Of a DNA stretch of 37,457 bases, positions 1 to 12,369 are shown piece by piece. The DNA is from Octopus bimaculoides (lineage: Eukaryota), in the NCBI RefSeq assembly GCF_001194135.2, contig NC_068985.1, positions 8,133,516 to 8,170,972 on the forward strand, read 5' to 3'. The stretch's first letter is position 1; each line of letters opens with the position of its first letter. The notes below the pieces were generated by a model that was not told where the DNA came from, searched no databases, and saw nothing but the letters and a program-made list of their open reading frames with translations. The position numbers and the translations under genes are program-made.

Positions 1-101
1 AAAACGCATTTTAGAGTAGTACGGATGATCCTGATAAGGCGTAAGTTATTTCCCTTGTATTTTTATTTACTTTTTTTAACCTCCCTATACTGGAAGATTA
101 C

Positions 102-145
102 ATCTATCTATTTATCTCTCTCTCTCTCTCTCTCTCTATCTATTT

Positions 146-223
<78 letters not shown>
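102..223. repeat. Compound microsatellite (CT)n/(TATC)n/(TA)n
   Basis: Directly visible tandem units. Confidence 0.95.
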
Positions 224-224
<1 letters not shown>

Positions 225-329
225 AAACACGTGTCTGTGTTCGGTTTGTCCTTGCACAGGGACACATGCGGACTCCCGTCTTCGCCGTGAACAGGAATTA
301 ATCTCTCTTCGCTCTTTTGCGCCACATGG

Positions 330-1005
330 GCTCAACTCCCTTCCCCTCTTCATCTAACTCCTCTCCTCTCTCCTCTCTTCCTCTCACACCTACTTCCTCT
401 CTTTACTCCTACCCACCTTCTCCCTTCCACCCTCTCCCTTCATCGTTACTCATCGTTAATTCCATCCATACCCCACCCCTACACATCCCAACACCACCAT
501 CCCTATACATCCCAATCCCAACCCTATCCCACCCCACACATTCCACTCCCACATACCCCACAATCACACCCCACTCTCAAACTCCACACCCTCACCTCAA
601 CCCTCAAAACACCCCTGCATCCCTCACTCTCGCATCGCCTACACCTCAACACTACCACACCACACCACAACCACCACACTACACACCATCACACCACAAC
701 AGAACACACCACAAACCACACATCACCTCACCACACCACGACACCACATCGCACCACTCTGCACACACTAGTATTGAACACTTCCCATAACCCACACCAC
801 ACCACGCCACATACCACTACACCATGCCACACCACACCACACAACACCACACCACACAACACCACACCACATCACCCCGCACACACAAGCATTGACCACT
901 TCACAGAACCCACACCACCATCCACACACCTACACATGCACACACCCACACATCAAGGTCACCAGCACCAATCCACACGCACGCACACGTTCACACATAC
1001 AACGC
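330..1005. repeat. Low-complexity C/T-rich then CAC/ACACC-rich degenerate tandem tract
   Basis: Almost G-free + strand with recurrent cacaccac/acacca units; explains the Pro/His/Thr ORFs. Confidence 0.85.
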
Positions 1006-1009
1006 ACAC

Positions 1010-1295
1010 GCACCTTCGTTTTGGGATCACCACTACTTTATTATCTCCCCTTTTTCCTAGCTCTCTTGTCTGACCACCTCTGTCTGGCCATCACCATGAT
1101 CGACCGCTAGCTACCAAAGCATTTAAAAAATTTTCTCTCTATTTATTTTCTCGTGTTCCTTTCTGCTGAAGAGCGTATGCTCGGAACGTAAAAGACGTTC
1201 TCACCTTCTCGAGCATTAGACTAATACACCTGTTTGTTGTTTACACACTTGACTTCATCATTTTTATTTTGTAAATTCCAACTATATATATAAAA
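1010..1295 (+). mobile_element. Dispersed repeat carrying a hammerhead-like motif (probable Penelope-like terminal repeat), copy 1
   Basis: Colinear similarity with 33150-33475 (ttatctcccc..tagctct, atgat.gaccg, ctg.tgaagagcgta.gctcg.aacgt.aaagac, actaataca.c..tttgtt.tttacac); ends in (TA)n. Confidence 0.6.
1159..1194 (+). ncRNA. Variant minimal type I hammerhead-ribozyme-like motif (degenerate copy)
   Basis: cttt-CTGCTGA-A-GAGC gtat GCTC-GGAA-CGTA-aaag: 4-bp stem I, 4-bp stem II, palindromic ACGT stem III, GUA triplet; GAAA is mutated to GGAA. Confidence 0.4.
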
Positions 1296-2491
1296 TATAT
1301 ATNNNNNNNNNNNNNNNNNNNNNNNNNNNNNNNNNNNNNNNNNNNNNNNNNNNNNNNNNNNNNNNNNNNNNNNNNNNNNNNNNNNNNNNNNNNNNNNNNN
1401 NNNNNNNNNNNNNNNNNNNNNNNNNNNNNNNNNNNNNNNNNNNNNNNNNNNNNNNNNNNNNNNNNNNNNNNNNNNNNNNNNNNNNNNNNNNNNNNNNNNN
1501 NNNNNNNNNNNNNNNNNNNNNNNNNNNNNNNNNNNNNNNNNNNNNNNNNNNNNNNNNNNNNNNNNNNNNNNNNNNNNNNNNNNNNNNNNNNNNNNNNNNN
1601 NNNNNNNNNNNNNNNNNNNNNNNNNNNNNNNNNNNNNNNNNNNNNNNNNNNNNNNNNNNNNNNNNNNNNNNNNNNNNNNNNNNNNNNNNNNNNNNNNNNN
1701 NNNNNNNNNNNNNNNNNNNNNNNNNNNNNNNNNNNNNNNNNNNNNNNNNNNNNNNNNNNNNNNNNNNNNNNNNNNNNNNNNNNNNNNNNNNNNNNNNNNN
1801 NNNNNNNNNNNNNNNNNNNNNNNNNNNNNNNNNNNNNNNNNNNNNATAGGTATATAATATGATTCTTTAAACATTCAAGGGATAGGCTGAAGTGTTTAAG
1901 CAACCAGGGGATAATTGAATCCGAAGGCACTCCTGGAGTTACTTGTGTTGGTACCGTCTTTGTTAGAAGGTATCCAGAGGCAGGTAATTTATCGTGTAAA
2001 CCGCAGTTTATATTTATAATCAGGTAGAGAATAGAGAAACAAACACAGGAAGAAGCAGGTCGATTGCGCTAGTTAGCCATTCATTTAATTATGTATGTAG
2101 AGAAAACATAATCTCCACACGAGAATAATAATCCAAGGTAACAAAAGATTCCGGCAGTTGGGTACATCAAATCCAGTTGAAAGGCCAGGGTCCGTGTGAG
2201 CGTACGTCATATAAGTTAAAAAAAACACAAAAAACAATAACAAAAAACAACAAAGTGAGGACGTGATACGGATAGTGTTATTGGACGCTCGGGAAAGGAA
2301 GGAGAGAGAGTATGANNNNNNNNNNNNNNNNNNNNNNNNNNNNNNNNNNNNNNNNNNNNNNNNNNNNNNNNNNNNNNNNNNNNNNNNNNNNNNNNNNNNN
2401 NNNNNNNNNNNNNNNNNNNNNNNNNNNNNNNNNNNNNNNNNNNNNNNNNNNNNNNNNNNNNNNNNNNNNNNNNNNNNNNNNNNNNNNNNNN

Positions 2492-2555
2492 TGTGTGTGC
2501 GTATGTATGTGTATGTGTGTGTGCATGGTTTGGTGGTTTATCTGTTAGTGTGTAT

Positions 2556-2587
<32 letters not shown>

Positions 2588-2875
2588 GACGTAGTGGAAG
2601 GAATTAGTAGCAGGAATAGTTAGTGGGTGCTTATGGACAATGGTTAGTGGTGGGTCAGCAGGCAGTTTTTGAGTATGTGTGTGTTCGTGTGTGTGTTTGT
2701 GTGGGGTTGTAGGTGTTGGGTACGTGTGCGTGCGTGTGTGTTTGTGTGTATGTGTATGTTGTGTATCTGTGCGTTGCTATGTACGTGTGTGTGCGTGCGT
2801 TTTCTATTGTATGTGCGTGTATTGTTTATGCCCATGTGTGTGATTGTATGCGTGTCTGTGTATATATATATATAT
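2492..2875. repeat. Degenerate (GT)n-rich tract
   Basis: Interrupted gtgt/gtat units. Confidence 0.85.
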
Positions 2876-2894
2876 TAAGTGAGACATAGACTGA

Positions 2895-3056
2895 GCCAAT
2901 TGTGGCCGAGGCACGGCCGTGGCCGTGAGCTAAGAACATAGATTCCGGGCTCAATCCCACCGCACTGCCCCTTGGGCAAGTGTCTTCCACTATAGCCTCG
3001 GGCTGACCCAGATCTGTGAGTGAATTTGATAAACGGGAACTGTGAGAAGCCCGTCG

Positions 3057-3060
<4 letters not shown>
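2895..3060 (+). mobile_element. tRNA-headed SINE family A, decayed copy
   Basis: ccttgggcaagtgtcttccactatagcctcggg...gaagcccgtcgtata matches 28616-28790; followed by (CA)n. Confidence 0.85.
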
Positions 3061-3124
<64 letters not shown>

Positions 3125-3995
3125 NNNNNNNNNNNNNNNNNNNNNNNNNNNNNNNNNNNNNNNNNNNNNNNNNNNNNNNNNNNNNNNNNNNNNNNNNNNN
3201 NNNNNNNNNNNNNNNNNNNNNNNNNNNNNNNNNNNNNNNNNNNNNNNNNNNNNNNNNNNNNNNNNNNNNNNNNNNNNNNNNNNNNNNNNNNNNNNNNNNN
3301 NNNNNNNNNNNNNNNNNNNNNNNNNNNNNNNNNNNNNNNNNNNNNNNNNNNNNNNNNNNNNNNNNNNNNNNNNNNNNNNNNNNNNNNNNNNNNNNNNNNN
3401 NNNNNNNNNNNNNNNNNNNNNNNNNNNNNNNNNNNNNNNNNNNNNNNNNNNNNNNNNNNNNNNNNNNNNNNNNNNNNNNNNNNNNNNNNNNNNNNNNNNN
3501 NNNNNNNNNNNNNNNNNNNNNNNNNNNNNNNNNNNNNNNNNNNNNNNNNNNNNNNNNNNNNNNNNNNNNNNNNNNNNNNNNNNNNNNNNNNNNNNNNNNN
3601 NNNNNNNNNNNNNNNNNNNNNNNNNNNNNNNNNNNNNNNNNNNNNNNNNNNNNNNNNNNNNNNNNNNNNNNNNNNNNNNNNNNNNNNNNNNNNNNNNNNN
3701 NNNNNNNNNNNNNNNNNNNNNNNNNNNNNNNNNNNNNNNNNNNNNNNNNNNNNNNNNNNNNNNNNNNNNNNNNNNNNNNNNNNNNNNNNNNNNNNNACAC
3801 ACATATATATATATATATATAAGCTAAAACATACACAAACAGATATGAACATCAACTGAATGATGAGTTGCCTCCCCTGATTTGCAATATTCGTGCTGGC
3901 GACAAGCTTAATCTATATACGTGGTAATTAATCATCTGAAAATTTAAACACTGCTTTCTTTTTTTACACTTACCCTCCCCACACACACGCACGCC

Positions 3996-4042
<47 letters not shown>

Positions 4043-4164
4043 ACACATATATATATATTGTACATTGAGACCCAAGGTTATATCTATTTATTTGAATCAT
4101 TGTCTCTTATCTGTTCTCTCAGATTTCCCCTTATAGCCACTGTTTACCCTGCTGACTTGGTGTT

Positions 4165-4838
4165 CAGTAAGATATGCGACAAAGTGCAGACGACTTACTG
4201 GATGGGTCCTGGGAACGTTCAGAACCAGAGAGAAGGAAACCACGATGTTCCTCTGGTGGACATTCGCCCTCAGTCGCCTGGATTACTGCTCCCAGCTATG
4301 GTCGCCCAACAGTGTACAATTAACAACGGACCATCGAAGCTTCACAAAGAAGATCGTCTCTTTGCAACAGCTCAGCTACTGGGATAGGCTGAAACAGCTA
4401 AGACTCTGCTCCCTGGATCGAAGGCGGGAGAGGTATGCAGTAATATACATCTGGAAGATCCTGGAAGGGATTGTGCCAAATTTTGGCATTGAAAGCTACA
4501 CAAATACTAGAATGGGTCGCCACTGCCAAAAATCCCAGCAATGCCATCGCGCTTCAGGACTAGTTACTGCAACAGCCTAGGTTTCAAGGGACCAATGGCT
4601 TTTTAATATCCTCCCTAAGAGCCTGAGGGACCTACACAAAGTGGATGTAGGTGCTTTCAAATCAAAACTGGATCTCTTCCTGTCAAGAGTTCCAGATGAA
4701 CCTAGCTCGCGGCAAAAGATGCAAATGAGGGTAGAAACGTCAACCTCCCTCACTCACCAAATTAGGTGGCTCTCAATAATAAGAGCGTAGCAAAATGGCA
4801 GTGCCCCAGCATGGCCACAGCTCTGATCTGAAACTAGA
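4165..4838 (+). mobile_element. CR1/L2-group LINE, 3' fragment (RT C-terminus and 3' tail)
   Basis: Peptide LSRLDYCSQLWSP..SYWDRLKQLRLCSLDRRRERYAVIYIWKILEG; homologous to 12370-13100 on the minus strand; tail gtgccccagcatggccacagctc. Confidence 0.85.
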
Positions 4839-4893
4839 AAAAATATATGTATACACACACATACACCCCCCACACACACACACNNNNNNNNNN

Positions 4894-4950
<57 letters not shown>

Positions 4951-5328
4951 TAATACATAAATACATAAAAATTTAATATACATGTATAAATCGATGAATG
5001 AGATTATGTTATAAAAGTGTTGATATATAATAGTATAGATGTATAAAGATATATATATATATATAGACATTTAGAATTATAGTCGTATTAAAAGGCGTTC
5101 ATTACTGGCAGCAAATTTTCGATGAACTACACCTGCCATCATTATAAAGTGACTCCGAGACCTCAGAAACACCTGTCGGACTTCTAACTCATTCTACCTT
5201 GTCACTGCCTGATTATATGTAATCAGAGTAAGTTTCCTCAGCACAGCATCATATATCAGCCGAAGAATGCTAACTGGTCCTCTTCTCTCATTCACCCTAA
5301 TCATCATTCGGAACTTTACTCGCACCAG

Positions 5329-5373
<45 letters not shown>

Positions 5374-5693
5374 NNNNNNNNNNNNNNNNNNNNNNNNNNN
5401 NNNNNNNNNNNNNNNNNNNNNNNNNNNNNNNNNNNNNNNNNNNNNNNNNNNNNNNNNNNNNNNNNNNNNNNNNNNNNNNNNNNNNNNNNNNNNNNNNNNN
5501 NNNNNNNNNNNNNNNNNNNNNNNNNNNNNNNNNNNNNNNNNNNNNNNNNNNNNNNNNNNNNNNNNNNNNNNNNNNNNNNNNNNNNNNNNNNNNNNNNNNN
5601 NNNNNNNNNNNNNNNNNNNNNNNNNNNNNNNNNNNNNNNNNNNNNNNNNNNNNNNNNNNNNNNNNNNNNNNNNNNNNNNNNNNNNNNNNNNNN

Positions 5694-8000
5694 ATGTACT
5701 GCTGAAACACTGGGATGTGCTACTACCAGACACAAAGGTTTGATGAAAATGATGCTGAAGTTCAGCGACTATTGGCTGTAAAGCGCCATGCCCATAACGT
5801 ATCGCTGCGCAGAGGGCTTTCAGCTGTGCAGCGAAATCTAGCACTTGCTCACAATATCAGAGTAAAATCACTACTGCAGCGATCTCTCAGAAAGATGCAG
5901 AACACTTGGGAGGATCTTGCTCGTGATGTTCAGGCTGCTGCTGATGCAAATGACAGCAAGCTTTACCATCTTATGAAGCAAGTTTATGAACCTAAGATCT
6001 CGGCATCAGCTTCTTTGCTTTCCAAGGAGTCTTCTGCTCTGTTTACTAAATCAACGGAAATCGCAGGTCGCTGGACTGAACACTTCTCTGAACTTCTAAA
6101 CAGCGAGTCAGTTGTGAATGAAACAATGATTGATACTATGCAACAAAGACCTATCCTTGGTTCCTTAACTTCCACGCCATCAATTGATGAGATAATGACA
6201 GCAATAAATAAATTAAACCTTGGTAGAAAACCTGGAAGGGATGGAATTTGTGCTGAGGCCTTGTGATTTAGTGATGATTACATCATACAGTCACTTCATG
6301 AACTTATTAGCGTAGTCTGGAGGGATGGTGCAATACATAATGACCTGAATGATGCAATTATTCTTCCTCTCTATAAAAGAAAAGGAGCCAGAATAATGTG
6401 TGGTATTGCTCTACTATTAGCTGTTGGCAAGGTTCTGGTAAATATTCTTCTTCTTATCCACTTGAGTGGGTGTCTCGTAAATGATGTCCTATCTGAATTT
6501 CAATGTGGCTTCCTATCTGGTAGTAGGACAATGGATATGATTTTCACAGCAAAACAGATGCAGAAGAAGAATTATGAGCAGAACATGGGCCTTGTCCAGG
6601 TATTCATTGATTTAACCAAGGCCTTTGATACTATGAATAGGGTCTTGACAAACTTGGATGTCCGGATCCTTCTGTATTTATAATTAAATCATTTCATGAT
6701 GGGATGCAGGCTTGGGTCAGTGTTGGTAGTGCTATGACGGGACCCATTATTGTAGAGAATGGTGTCAAGCAAGGTGACATCCTTGCCTCAACTCTCTTTT
6801 CTTTGTACTTTGCTGCTGCTTTTACGCATGCTTTTGCTAAGGTTAGCTTTCTGGGAATATATGTCAAGTATCGATCGTCTGGCCGCTTCTTTAATCTGCG
6901 CCGATTTGCTGCCAATTCAAAAGTTTTCCAGTCTCTTAGTAGTGACCTGCTTTATGCCGTTGACTGTGACTTAATCACTCATACAGTGGATGACATGCAA
7001 ATACTTATGAATCGCATTTGTGCTTCTTGCAAGTCATTTGGACTCAGCATCAGCCTGAGCAAGACAGTTGTAATGTTCCAGCCTGCACCAGGAAATCCAT
7101 ATGTAGAACCAGCTATATTGGTTGAAGGAACAATATTGAAAGTGGTAGACAAGTTTGTTTACCTGGGCAGCACAATCAGCCGTTCTTGCTCCCTAGATGA
7201 TGAAATATCTTTCAGGCTGAAGAGAGTAACTGATTCCTTCCGGTCTCTTAGCCTCGTGTCTGGTCCCAGCATAGCATTACAAGGCAAGCAAAAATTTCTG
7301 TGTACAGTGCATGTTTACTGATATCGCTCCTTTACTCATATGAGACATGGACCCTTTACAAACGTCATGTAAAGGTCCTTGATCGCTTCCATCAGAGATG
7401 CCTGAGACATATTCTGAATGTTGACTGGACCTTAAAAATTGCAGACACACAGGTCCTGAGGACCACTGATATCTTGAGTATTGAGGTGATAGTGCACAGG
7501 CACCGGTTACGTTGGACTGGACACCTTATTAGAATGAAGGATAGCAAGATCCCTAATCAGATTCTATATAGGGTACTTGTTAGTAGAAAGAGACCCCGGC
7601 AGAAACAAAGGTTGCAATTTAAGGACTGTGTCAAATCCTCATTAAAGGCCTGTGATATGCTGGAGACTGACTGGGAAAGCAATGCCTGTCATCGCCACAG
7701 TTAGAGGAAGCATTTTAAAGAGTGTGGTCGACACCTTTGAGAGAGCACGTATTCTGCATGAAGAATTTAAGTATTCTGCTCGAAAGCGCACTGCTAGCTT
7801 AGTGAATGGGGAAAGCTTGGTTTGCAATGCTTGCAGTCGTGTGTGCTTGTCAAGAGCTGGGCACATTATCCACGAACAGAGCCGTAAATGCAAAATATAA
7901 GTTAGTCCTAGAGCGCACAATTTTTTTCAAATTCCTTCTGACTATTTTAAGCATGAGAAAGTGATCTTTAAATTGATGGTGATGATGATGATGACGATGA
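5694..8000 (+). mobile_element. RTE-clade LINE, ~2.3 kb decayed RT region with (GAT)n tail
   Basis: Frameshifted ORFs give FIDLTKAFDTMNR, GVKQGDILASTLF, LLYAVDCDL (YADD relic), FVYLGS, LLYSYETW, LRWTGHLIRM and a C-terminal CxxC; gatgatgat tail at ~7974-8000. Confidence 0.92.
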
Positions 8001-9241
8001 CAACAAAAAAATTAGTTTGGCGGCAACAGAGTTCAAATATACTCAATATCAAATTTATTAATTAATTTTAAATATTTGTTGCATCATTGCGATTACAAAG
8101 AGCTTGTTCTTTGCTAGAAAGTTTAACGAGCTTTCAGACCTGAATACAATGATGTCAGCTAAGGATTTTCTTCATTCGTAACTACCATTGTGAAACAATG
8201 GTGCTTTTTTCCAGGTGACTATGGCTTTAAGATTTGAACGCCTAAATGAATGACTACGTGGGTGTAATCATTTGAAAGAAAGTGAATTCTAAAAAGCTGA
8301 ATCATGATCTAAATTCACCGTTCTACATTACATTTACGAGAGATGCTCATTGAAATATAGCCGAGCCTGGGTGATATTCACAAGGAGCGCTTAGACGCTG
8401 TGTCAAGCTTATTATGTTACTATATATTCTCTTGATCTGAGAGAAAGATTAAAAACATAGACAGTCAGATATAATAGAAAATACCTAAGAGAAGGTACCT
8501 AATATGAAATTAGATACCACAAAGTATTTTATCGGACAGTCCGATAATCGGTTAGCTGGCCGAAACTTCGAAGTCACTATCAATAGTTAAAAAATAATAA
8601 ATTTGTACTCTGCAAAAGTATCGCGTAGCCCTTCAGATCAATGTAAAATTATTTTTATTTTATCTAAACAGAAAAACAAATATTAATAGACAAAAGCAAG
8701 CTATGAGGCGTCCATACTGGACAAAATATACGTTTAAACAAAAATGAATTAACCATCTATAGTAATTCTGATAATTAATGATATTTATGCAAATAATACT
8801 AATAAATAATAATAGTAATAGCAATAATATTAATTGAGGGTATAAACCCAAATATAAGTGAAATAGCCCTGAATTAAATTATGTACTCAATACAGTAAAA
8901 TTGCAACAATTAAATGTAATATAAATAAACATTTTTAAAATCGCGATTCAACTGTAATACCACGGGAGGTAATTACAAGACCAGAATTCAAAAAGTAACG
9001 CTATCACCTTCAACTGAATACCAACGCAGTATATTTGTGTGAATTAGTTCCCTTTGAAAACATCACAAGTGATGGACCTTTGCTGAAACTGCAGCAGCGA
9101 GGACGAATAATTGCATACGGAGCAATGTGTAGTTGCTGCAGTAGAAACATATGTTGTTCATTGTTATATATGTTGTAGAAAACTTTTTAATAAATCAACT
9201 TTGGATGTGAATAAATCTCCACTGCTCTCATGGTTTTCAAT

Positions 9242-9272
<31 letters not shown>

Positions 9273-10447
9273 ATTACAAAGGTACCGTTAATTCTATTAT
9301 TATCCAATGATAATAACAGAATCAATGATACAGGCGACTGAAGGCCAAAAAGTAGCATTTAAATAGCCGAGGGATTAAAATTAATCAATATTTTTGGGCG
9401 ATTTAATAACGACTTTTGACTGTTATTTCAAGCAGGTAGACATACGTAGTATATCCTTTGATATATATATATATANNNNNNNNNNNNNNNNNNNNNNNNN
9501 NNNNNNNNNNNNNNNNNNNNNNNNNNNNNNNNNNNNNNNNNNNNNNNNNNNNNNNNNNNNNNNNNNNNNNNNNNNNNNNNNNNNNNNNNNNNNNNNNNNN
9601 NNNNNNNNNNNNNNNNNNNNNNNNNNNNNNNNNNNNATATATAAACAATATATGAGTATATGCATATATATGTACATGTATGTATATACGTTCATCCACA
9701 TGTACATATAGATACATAACTGGGTACATGACGTGGCAAAAGAACAAGGACAAAATGGTAAACAAGGTGCAACAAGCAAGCAGGCCACATAGAAACATCC
9801 CCTTCATCAGCTGCCACCATTAAAACTCCGGCGTTTCGAAGAATTAAGGCAGTACGCATCGTTAAAATGGTTCTTCCCACGAACACAAACTAAATTGTTT
9901 TCGTGGAGGGTAGTGGCGGACGGAAAACAAGACAGGAAAACAAAACGGTGAAATAAACAAACAAAAAGGCTGTACAGCCAGACGTGAAGTGTGTACACAC
10001 ACATACATACATACACACACATACACACGCACATATATATATACACACACATCTATGTGTCTTTGTCTATATATCTGTACGAGTGTTGCATATCAGGGGA
10101 GGCAACTCGTCACTCAGTTGGGGTTCATATGTAGGTGTATATTTTAGATGTATATATGTATATATATAGAGTGTTAGGTGTGGAGTATAGAAATCGAATA
10201 TTGAGAAAAAATGTCAGGATTTTGGGAAAAAAATCTTTTTATTTCTTTATTTGTATTATTAGCGCTTTCGTTCGTTTCTCGAACTTTTCAAATAAAAATT
10301 TGTGAATGTAGAAACAGCTTGTTCATTTATATAAAACAGATGATTTGGTGGGGTTTCGTTTAGATGAGAATATTGTTTTTGCTTTGGGGTGATGTTCCAT
10401 GATAATGGAGATGGATAGATAGAAATATAGGTAGGTAGAGAGGCTGA

Positions 10448-10519
<72 letters not shown>
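10448..10519. repeat. (GATA)n microsatellite
   Basis: Directly visible. Confidence 0.97.
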
Positions 10520-11199
10520 TCAGACAGATAATGAAGAAATAAAAANNNNNNNNNNNNNNNNNNNNNNNNNNNNNNNNNNNNNNNNNNNNNNNNNNNNNNN
10601 NNNNNNNNNNNNNNNNNNNNNNNNNNNNNNNNNNNNNNNNNNNNNNNNNNNNNNNNNNNNNNNNNNNNNNNNNNNNNNNNNNNNNNNNNNNNNNNNNNNN
10701 NNNNNNNNNNNNNNNNNNNNNNNNNNNNNNNNNNNNNNNNNNNNNNNNNNNNNNNNNNNNNNNNNNNNNNNNNNNNNNNNNNNNNNNNNNNNNNNNNNNN
10801 NNNNNNNNNNNNNNNNNNNNNNNNNNNNNNNNNNNNNNNNNNNNNNNNNNNNNNNNNNNNNNNNNNNNNNNNNNNNNNNNNNNNNNNNNNNNNNNNNNNN
10901 NNNNNNNNNNNNNNNNNNNNNNNNNNNNNNNNNNNNNNNNNNNNNNNNNNNNNNNNNNNNNNNNNNNNNNNNNNNNNNNNNNNNNNNNNNNNNNNNNNNN
11001 NNNNNNNNNNNNNNNNNNNNNNNNNNNNNNNNNNNNNNNNNNNNNNNNNNNNNNNNNNNNNNNNNNNNNNNNNNNNNNNNNNNNNNNNNNNNNNNNNNNN
11101 NNNNNNNNNNNNNNNNNNNNTATATATATACATATATCTATACGTATACCTAATCATTTTATGATTTTATAATAGCCTTTATGAAATTCAAACTTAGCT

Positions 11200-11700
11200 T
11201 ATATAAAACAATCCCGGTATCTTCACAATTTAAAAGAAACTACTTCGATTATAATTTAATTAATATATAGTTACCATGTTCTTTCGCCTCAGTACTCCTT
11301 TATTAAATACCAGTAAATACCAATGATGAATCTTCACAGATACCATCTAATAAGTTAGTATTTAAGTATATAATATGTATAAATATTAAACTATTTCTAT
11401 GTAATTTCTTTTCCTCCCTATATTGTGGTCAAATCGGTATATACTGAAAAATATTCAAAAAAATTTATCCGCTTGTTATAATATTATTCTTAATAATCTT
11501 CTTGATAACCCTAAATTTTAACTTTATACAATATAGCAATATTGCTTAAAATATTCAATTATAGTACGCCATGATAATATTTCCCCTGTATTATCATCAT
11601 TAGTTTACTAGAGTCTTGCCCCTTTAATTGACAGCTAACATCTTGATTTAAAATTTCCTTTATCAAATCTCATTATATTGCTTCAAATTAATCTTGACAG
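11200..11700 (-). mobile_element. Possible highly decayed Penelope-like GIY-YIG endonuclease relic
   Basis: Minus-strand fragments resemble the PLE endonuclease pattern (ILYKVK, YTDLTT for YIGLT, LHRNSL, FNK..E). Many stops; recognition is weak. Confidence 0.35.
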
Positions 11701-12229
11701 TTTGTGACTATCCCCACTATGATTTCTGTCGACTCCCTCAGCCCCTTTCCTAACAGACACAGCTCCTTGTTCTTTGGCCTTAAATTTTGATACGCAAAGA
11801 TTTGATAAACAAGACTATAAATTAAAACCGACCCCAAAAAGCAGTGACAAGCTAGATCTCTAACAAGTCTTTCTTCCTGATACCTTAGTAGCTTCCAAGC
11901 TGAAGTGAAGACAGCATGTTCTTTGTCTATCTCCCTACCTTCTTGGAGGTTTTAGGTAAAACTATACTAATGTGTCCATCTGTTTTAATTTAATTTAATT
12001 CTATGTATTTATGCAGCTGAAGATTGCTCTGCATTTAAATTGATGTAATGTTTGCATTGTTCAATTAAATGGAGTCGGTTGAAACGATCTTACTGCACTG
12101 CATTACATCTGGATATCTTGTTGCTTATCTTGATTTTAATCACCATATTTTGAAACTGTATGGATAATACCGTACTAAATTCGGGTGCTTCAACTTAACT
12201 ACGTAATCCATCTGAATCTAAATTTTTGC

Positions 12230-12297
<68 letters not shown>

Positions 12298-12305
12298 AAC
12301 ACACA

Positions 12306-12351
<46 letters not shown>

Positions 12352-12369
12352 TATATATATTTTATATTT

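Noticed and set aside
317-1110. Pro/Ser/His/Thr-rich ORFs resembling mucin or extensin
   Set aside because: They are translations of a G-poor low-complexity tract in which stop codons are rare; no domain or splice support.
9800-9840. Minus-strand CTGATGA and GAAAC suggesting another hammerhead
   Set aside because: The order would require a type II fold, but there is no GUH with a pairing stem III or stem I.
3865-10110. Short inverted match gagttgcctcccctgat (near 3868) and atcaggggaggcaactc (near 10091)
   Set aside because: About 23 bp separated by 6 kb; best explained as two fragments of a dispersed repeat, not the TIRs of one element.
12017-12090. CTGAAGA...GAAACG pair
   Set aside because: The 57-nt spacer gives no convincing stem II and there is no stem I complementarity.
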